From assembly GCA_903884815.1 (NCBI GenBank), contig CAISGE010000002.1, positions 45,955 to 109,954 on the forward strand: a stretch of 64,000 nt of DNA, read 5' to 3'. The notes under the pieces were generated by a model. That model searched no databases. It was not told the DNA's origin and saw nothing but the letters and a program-made list of their open reading frames with translations. Each line of letters starts with the position of its first letter. Position 1 is the first letter of the stretch. Positions 60,501-64,000 of the stretch are shown in pieces. A program made the position numbers and the translations under genes. The stretch comes from Candidatus Omnitrophota bacterium (GTDB lineage: Bacteria > Omnitrophota > Omnitrophia > Omnitrophales > Aquincolibacteriaceae).

Positions 60501-63500
60501 GATGGGGAATCAGATCCTGCTTCCCACGACGGTGAGCAGTCTTGTGACGACCCCTGATGACCTGAATCTCTCGCTCACGGGCGCCGTCGGCAGTACCTAT
60601 GCGCTCAATTACTGCACCATGAACGATCTGAACACCACGACTTCCGCCTGCAGTGAAATGAAAGTGACGCCTCCGAGCGGGGCGCTCATCGGGGTCTCAC
60701 TGACCTTTGACATCCAGCGGCGTTTGATCACACAGGTTTTTGCGAACGGAAATGTCCGCACCTTTCATTATAATGCGCAAGGCGTCTACGATGCATACAG
60801 TGAGACGGATACGGCCGGCAACGGCACGACCTACGTTCAAAACGGTGTTTTTGCTCCGGGAGGGCGGGTGCTAGGGGAGGTCGTGAACGGCGAAAATGTG
60901 TTTTATGTGGGTTTCGCGGACAAAGGCTTCGCGGCGGACAAGATCCAGGCTGCGATCGATCTCGCCCCGGCGGGCGCCGTGATCCTGCTCGCGGTCGGAA
61001 CTTACGTGAACGGTTTTAATCTGAACGCGGGAACTAAAGAGCTGACGATCCGTGGGGACGGGGCCGTGGTGATCGACGGGAGCACGGGCGCCGAACGTTT
61101 CGCGAGCGTTTTAAGCGGTGGGCAATTACATCTCGAACACCTGACGTTCCGGCATTTCAACATCCATCCTTACGCGAGCGGCACCTCGGTTAATCCCGCC
61201 GGGAAGGGCATCCTCTACGTGGGAGAGGGCTCCCGGCTGACGGTGGACGGCGTAACTTTCGAGAACGATCAAATGTCGGCCGCCGGCGGCCTGATCTACG
61301 CGGTCGGAGGTTTGACCGCGGCGAAATTAGCCGACGTGACAATTACAAATTCGACCTTCCAAAATAACACCCTGATCTCCGCGGCAGGGGCGGCAATGCC
61401 GGCCTCGACGATCACGAATACTGAAGTTGTCGGCGGGAAGAATATGTTCACATTTACGACCGTTGCGGGATGCACCTACGATATTCAGAATTCCACGGAC
61501 CTGGTTCATTGGACGACGATCACCGGACCGGTCACGGCGACGGGCGATCTGTCCGTCGCGACTGCGGCCACTACGACACCGAGCGGCTTTTTCAGGGTCC
61601 GGACGCTGACGGGGCAAGGCGGCGGGTCGAATGCCGCGGTCCAGGCCTTTCAAGCGAATGTCCACATCTCGGGTTCTCTTTTTGAGAACAATCAGGTCGG
61701 GGCAGGCGCCGGGGCGGTGTCGATGAGCGGGCTCCAGGGCGGTTTCAACGGAGTGATCGAGAACACGGTTTTCCGGAACAACAGCGCGACGTCCCAATAC
61801 GGAGCCGGCGGCGTGATGGCCCTGAGCGGAAATATCACGATTGCCGGCTGTGACTTTATTGGAAATACTGCCACCGAGGGCTACGGCGGCGCGATCCGTC
61901 TCGGGGGAGCGCAGGCGACGCTGGACCACAATCTGTTCGTCGGGAACAAGGCTCTCTATGGCGGCGCGATCCAGACCACGTCAGCCGGTTCTTCATTCTC
62001 TTCGGGCTCTTTTTACGCGCCGGAAACCCGGGAAGTTCACATCAGTTTTTCGACTGTCGCGGACAATGTCTCCCTCGCGGGCGGAGGCGTCATTGATTCA
62101 AGGGATTGGATCAATCCGGTGAACGGGCAGCGCATGACCGTCGCCAAGAGTATTTTTTCCGATGCCGGGCAGTCGGATATCACCGGAGATCCTCAGGCCA
62201 CGCTAACGATCACGGATGCGTTGAGGACCGGAACGGACCCGCTCTTTATAGATGCCGCGAACGGCGATTACAGGATCCGCCCGAATTCCCCCGCCCAATC
62301 GCAGGTCAATAATAGCGCCGTGGCCTGGGGGAGCGAAGGGTTTGGGCCCGCGATCCAGTATTTGCTTGCGCCGGTCGATCCAGCTTCGATCCCGGTTCTT
62401 ACGAACCAGACCTCGCTTTCGATCTCGTTCCAGCTGAGACCGGTGTCTGCGATCAATCAGCTGACGCTAAAACAGGTGACGTCAAACGCCGCTCCTTTCA
62501 CCTTCACGATCTCGGTCTCGCTGCTCCACGAAGGTTTGAATTCGGGTCTCAAGGCCGTCCTGGACAATGAATACGGCCATTTTGAATACGTGCTTCCCGA
62601 CATCATCCGGGACACGACCCCGCCGGTGCTAGCGGTGTTACCGCCTTCGAATGCAACGCAGAGCGCGGTCACGATCAACTGGACGACGACCAATGAAGCC
62701 AGCGATTCTCAGGTTCAGTATCGCGTGCAGGGGCAGGGGACCACGGCTTGGTCGAACACGACCCTCAACACGTCACTTGTGACAAGCCATTCGGTGACGT
62801 TTAGCGGGCTGAGCGCGAACACGGTGTACGAATATCAGGTGAAGTCCAAGGACCAAGCCGGGAACCTCGCCACTCAGACGACGATTTCAAACTTCACGAC
62901 GCCGGCTCCTCCCGAAACTCCGGCTGTTTCGATCATCGCGCAACACAATTACGAGAATGTTCCAGAGAGAGGCACCGTCGGCGGAGGGATTTGCATTATA
63001 GCGGACGTGACGAAAATTGCGGGCGTTATTACTTCGGTTGATTTTTATATGGACGGAGTCTTGGGGTGGACCCAGAATGTGAATTTCTATTGGCCGTTCT
63101 ATAGCGAAGGTAAGCCGAACGGTACGCATATTTTCACCGCGAAAGCCAAGGATAAAGACGGTAATATTATCTCCACGTCCTTACCCATCACCATTAATAT
63201 TCAAAATGCTCCGGACAAAACTCCGCCGACATTCACGTTCGCCTCCGAGCTTGCAAATAATCCCATCATAACGGGGAGGACCTATGTTTATGGTACAGGC
63301 AGAGATCCACTGGTAGAAGGAGCCACCACGTCGGGGTTTGCCGGCATTCAATATAGGGTTGAGAACTCGCACGGGGAAGTGACGTTCCTCGGAGACGAGA
63401 CCGTAGCCCCTGCTTATTGTGCTCTCTTGGATCCCGCATCTGATCCCGCTCATTTGGCCAACGGTGATTACACGCTGTTCGCCGTTGCCCGCGACGCGGC

Positions 63501-64000
63501 CAACAACACATACGAAACTAGTGTTCCCATTACGATCAATTATACCGGGCCTATTGTTCCCCCGGATCCGCCGGCGATCAGCGCCCAGCCCGTGGGAGGA
63601 AGCGTTGCGCTAGGCGACAGTCTGACTTTAACGGTGGTTGCGAGCGTTCCTGCCGGCTCCACGCTTTTGTTTCAGTGGCAGAAAGACGGGGCAAATGTAG
63701 GCGAGCCGACGATGGGCGATGCGACGAGCAGTAGCAGTTACACGATCTCCAGCGCGGCCCCTGCGGATGCCGGGAGGTACCGTTGCATCATCAAGCGAAT
63801 GAACGGCACGGAGCTCAGCGAAGTAACAAGCAGCGAAGCCCTTGTGTCCATTCCCGATCATGAGGCGCCGCGGAAGCCGACGTGGCTGGATTTGTCGCCG
63901 ATCTCCAATCCGATCTCCAATCTAACGAGTACTTCGGTGACGCTCTCGTGGAACGCGACGACGGACAATATCGGAGTGACGGGCTATCAAATCTTCAAGA
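54553..64000 (+). CDS. Giant secreted multidomain surface protein or adhesin (more than 3149 aa, running beyond the window). It combines FN3, cadherin-like, right-handed parallel beta-helix and Chlamydia-PMP-like repeats with Ig-like domains.
   Basis: An ATG at 54553 follows a gggaga RBS. The signal peptide is MKNTIVNRGTAAALCFLMCFISIPVMPAHA. I translated the whole frame by hand and found no stop up to 64000. FN3-like segments include LAVSNVTATGVKLSWNAVTDN...GYDIYKD and repeated VISWTTNEASDSQLQYRV...YEYQVKSKDQAGN units. Cadherin-like VNDAP repeats are present. Many NxxxN/NNI beta-helix turns occur. PMP-type motifs include GYGGAIRLGG...FVGNKALYGGAIQ and FENNQVGAGAGAV...FRNNSA. A possible CarboxypepD-reg/Ig region lies at the end. 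Confidence 0.75.
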   Translation, partial: MKNTIVNRGTAAALCFLMCFISIPVMPAHAMVTQKPLVFGTSSKGSQQSGVPADKVDTTAKQEVPVEPNAGFMNPSAIRAATVNTPSTTMTPSIDTQKPSVPTGLAVSNVTATGVKLSWNAVTDNAGGSGVTGYDIYKDSALFATVAGNVTTYTVTGLTEGTAYTFTIKAKDAANNVSDASDPLSVTPSSVNQPPVATAPTVNPFNEDTPQAITLGGTDPDHNPLTYVIVTRPAHGSLVHDPAFPNDPSKFLYTPVADYNGTDSFTYKVNDGTATYTATDTTATSAAATVSLTINAVNDAPVATTTRVVNILQNTARTVTLGALNVDKDTLSYTILTRPAKGTLSCTGAACTYTPAANDFGTYSFSYKVSDGTLDSQPAIVTFEVVKPAAAPVMMAAQTGTTGESLSFTVPNAAAYTFDAFDGESLPAGAHYDAANGQFTWTPTYNQAGVHVLQFVKDQQTYQTLLAVSYVPPIGISNPEFGIMETYRMYDDIAKRNTALTYYRNDEGGFYTHYIDNGAGCSDSGNSAGTAASPRCTIPSELPAGAVIELHGGPYTNITSWQNAVNGAGTQDKPIFIRGNGVRIDARLSIYTRPTEENSYVIAEGLNAYAVNIGAPSNHVVLRNSDVHGDASGGGVSLQRPTESTKANPNNAISNVTLYNNTIHDNGIWQPELAEGDRDIHGLVIGWFSLVDHVWVLDNDIYHNEGDSIQVNAGPHVTPSNVNNIYIGRNEMHDDKQSALGVKSAKDVIISENDMYGIRVSSSASGDCTGNSDDGPESVWWLYNKIHDGALGFKFSGSAVGTYGMIGNLIYDIHGAGGPLSGDYSQSGQAMTDWHGNIIKYIVNNTIYDTDYGYSVWQGGRPNNESFTLVNNIGVTTLTGYAASSILHSDAINLSDNITGSSALFANVPAFSTRLDDFQFTATAGQMRSAEGGTKTMLTVPGADFTALGVKAGDRLDLGAARTDQNGKKIMNPAVSVYSSTWMYIESVNGDTITLKDNVWLWDSNAVKFSIYYYPYPKVNTNELYLDDVSKFSVGDVIEYNHDGVARRVVSVDTNVISDSIGPKGRIVLDSPVPKLISQASITNWGPKTDNNLVWDLSLKAGSAAIGKAESLQTITAMDHSGNPVLDGAGKPVSLAAYFNTLYGIQLPANPDLGGSDYTDAGVPAVSYYVGNDYTADSTHFTTVQAAQSRIAADIAAHAGDPSWIQPAYTVLIKAGVYQNVAGNCSGATCNLVNVTVSGTASAPITFKPLGDGPVVFRGFGFEDRDLNGDGMADGPADPNKRETLMRISGNYIHVEGLEFTNSQQGGLVIEGSFNRIENVSSHDNWTIGISIGDAGNRRVEGNVVTGCEAYNNRHYVGIAINFAQQTNWNPDWLVTKNIIENSLSYRNGYLPDGTKVLPIGGDPQGGGNSDGIMATKFCASGKTQNACPDNIFRGNIVWSNADDGIDVSFSDSLIENNISFDNGPSGSMGFKVFFENVKNSFVGNIAYANDGNGFDLRSTTTGIFLNNLALNNGAWGFSGGNFETNHNNMAYGSVLNADMSIPAACANSTCSNNWNGKGSGPLSGDPKLANTTLFKGSNGQIVFSLPAGTIDQKVAWLKGQFATAFSLQSGSGAINAGVAASYTDPITGETLSRTVLGSAPEIGAYEYTDGTTPPPDQTVPVISAVLSSSVTVNGAVISWTTNEASDSQLQYRVQGTTTWSNTTLNTSLVTSHSVTLSGLNARTVYEYQVKSKDQAGNLATQATISNFTTLTPPPTGAIPLSGGRTADYVSAADSSILNKLTVYDAQGVVQAVSYIPRAYVDLDHDEVTVVSGQVRITRHYKNRTTVDVFDQFGVLLTLDSQGNIQSGKIVNSVSATISGVQQTRYSTVATVNYQNQLPVSVVKAATDSVTVAYAPGTSNVTGYTYKNAAGAILAEAVPVAGGLFRVNAPALGIVLEQVKIQSAADAYRLMAKLASTMKRLADYKTELVQAYGFLYGTATATEMGNQILLPTTVSSLVTTPDDLNLSLTGAVGSTYALNYCTMNDLNTTTSACSEMKVTPPSGALIGVSLTFDIQRRLITQVFANGNVRTFHYNAQGVYDAYSETDTAGNGTTYVQNGVFAPGGRVLGEVVNGENVFYVGFADKGFAADKIQAAIDLAPAGAVILLAVGTYVNGFNLNAGTKELTIRGDGAVVIDGSTGAERFASVLSGGQLHLEHLTFRHFNIHPYASGTSVNPAGKGILYVGEGSRLTVDGVTFENDQMSAAGGLIYAVGGLTAAKLADVTITNSTFQNNTLISAAGAAMPASTITNTEVVGGKNMFTFTTVAGCTYDIQNSTDLVHWTTITGPVTATGDLSVATAATTTPSGFFRVRTLTGQGGGSNAAVQAFQANVHISGSLFENNQVGAGAGAVSMSGLQGGFNGVIENTVFRNNSATSQYGAGGVMALSGNITIAGCDFIGNTATEGYGGAIRLGGAQATLDHNLFVGNKALYGGAIQTTSAGSSFSSGSFYAPETREVHISFSTVADNVSLAGGGVIDSRDWINPVNGQRMTVAKSIFSDAGQSDITGDPQATLTITDALRTGTDPLFIDAANGDYRIRPNSPAQSQVNNSAVAWGSEGFGPAIQYLLAPVDPASIPVLTNQTSLSISFQLRPVSAINQLTLKQVTSNAAPFTFTISVSLLHEGLNSGLKAVLDNEYGHFEYVLPDIIRDTTPPVLAVLPPSNATQSAVTINWTTTNEASDSQVQYRVQGQGTTAWSNTTLNTSLVTSHSVTFSGLSANTVYEYQVKSKDQAGNLATQTTISNFTTPAPPETPAVSIIAQHNYENVPERGTVGGGICIIADVTKIAGVITSVDFYMDGVLGWTQNVNFYWPFYSEGKPNGTHIFTAKAKDKDGNIISTSLPITINIQNAPDKTPPTFTFASELANNPIITGRTYVYGTGRDPLVEGATTSGFAGIQYRVENSHGEVTFLGDETVAPAYCALLDPASDPAHLANGDYTLFAVARDAANNTYETSVPITINYTGPIVPPDPPAISAQPVGGSVALGDSLTLTVVASVPAGSTLLFQWQKDGANVGEPTMGDATSSSSYTISSAAPADAGRYRCIIKRMNGTELSEVTSSEALVSIPDHEAPRKPTWLDLSPISNPISNLTSTSVTLSWNATTDNIGVTGYQIFK
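59578..59820 (+). repeat. Intragenic direct repeat, copy 1 (an FN3-like unit inside the giant adhesin).
   Basis: It is nearly identical at the nucleotide level to 62668-62910 (for example tggtcgaacacgaccctcaacacgtcacttgtgac...gaatatcaggtgaagtccaaggaccaagccgggaa). Confidence 0.8.
62668..62910 (+). repeat. Intragenic direct repeat, copy 2 (an FN3-like unit inside the giant adhesin).
   Basis: It shares about 90% identity or more with copy 1, which lies 3.09 kb upstream in the same reading frame. Confidence 0.8.

Overview
This 64 kb window looks like the replication-origin region of a bacterial chromosome of roughly 55-60% GC, with housekeeping operons and several accessory loci alongside. I annotated it by translating the sequence and recognising protein motifs by eye. 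No database searches were run, and all coordinates are counted by hand.

The minus strand of the first 6.3 kb carries gyrA (partial), gyrB, a small DUF721/DciA-like gene, dnaN and dnaA, in the same order as the Mycobacterium origin but without recF. The plus strand then carries rpmH-rnpA-yidD-yidC-mnmG, followed by parA-parB with two parS palindromes (TGTTTCACGTGAAACA), one upstream of the parAB promoter and one between the promoter and parA. DnaA boxes in AT-rich DNA upstream of dnaA (6299-6620) and, to a lesser extent, in the dnaA-dnaN spacer mark the candidate oriC.

dnaN reads as a single 367-codon frame, but it is interrupted by two consecutive in-frame TAA codons at 4026-4031.

Downstream of parB there are five further loci:
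- A four-gene operon with overlapping start/stop codons (13494-16712) encodes a radical-SAM enzyme, an ICMT/PEMT-like membrane methyltransferase, a small membrane protein and an Lgt-family transferase. Three tandem paralogous small membrane proteins follow it.
- A beta-glucan utilisation locus (17992-25303) holds a solute-binding lipoprotein, a GH94 phosphorylase, a secreted hydrolase-like protein and a ROK regulator.
- A biotin cluster (25316-33834, bioB-SDR-KAS-bioF ... bioA-bioD) contains a FabG-like reductase and a FabF-like synthase between bioB and bioF, plus a three-gene insert.
- A cofactor-poor RnfC/D/E/A-like membrane module (33905-37208) is followed by an orphan pilT.
- A housekeeping block (39212-50046) contains polA, coaE, rho, rpmE, prfA, prmC, murA, rpsP, trmD, rplS, rnhB and yraN.

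At the far end is an Omp85-like barrel and a secreted protein of unknown function. An unusual response regulator with its HTH at the N-terminus and the receiver at the C-terminus follows. A 600 bp AT-rich leader then precedes a giant secreted protein (more than 3149 aa, running off the window end). The giant protein combines FN3, cadherin-like, parallel beta-helix and Chlamydia-PMP-like (GGAI/FxxN) repeats, and carries a roughly 240 bp near-identical internal direct repeat.

I found no rRNA, tRNA, CRISPR array or obvious transposase or integrase. Many long antisense ORFs in the track are GC-driven shadows of real genes and are rejected below.
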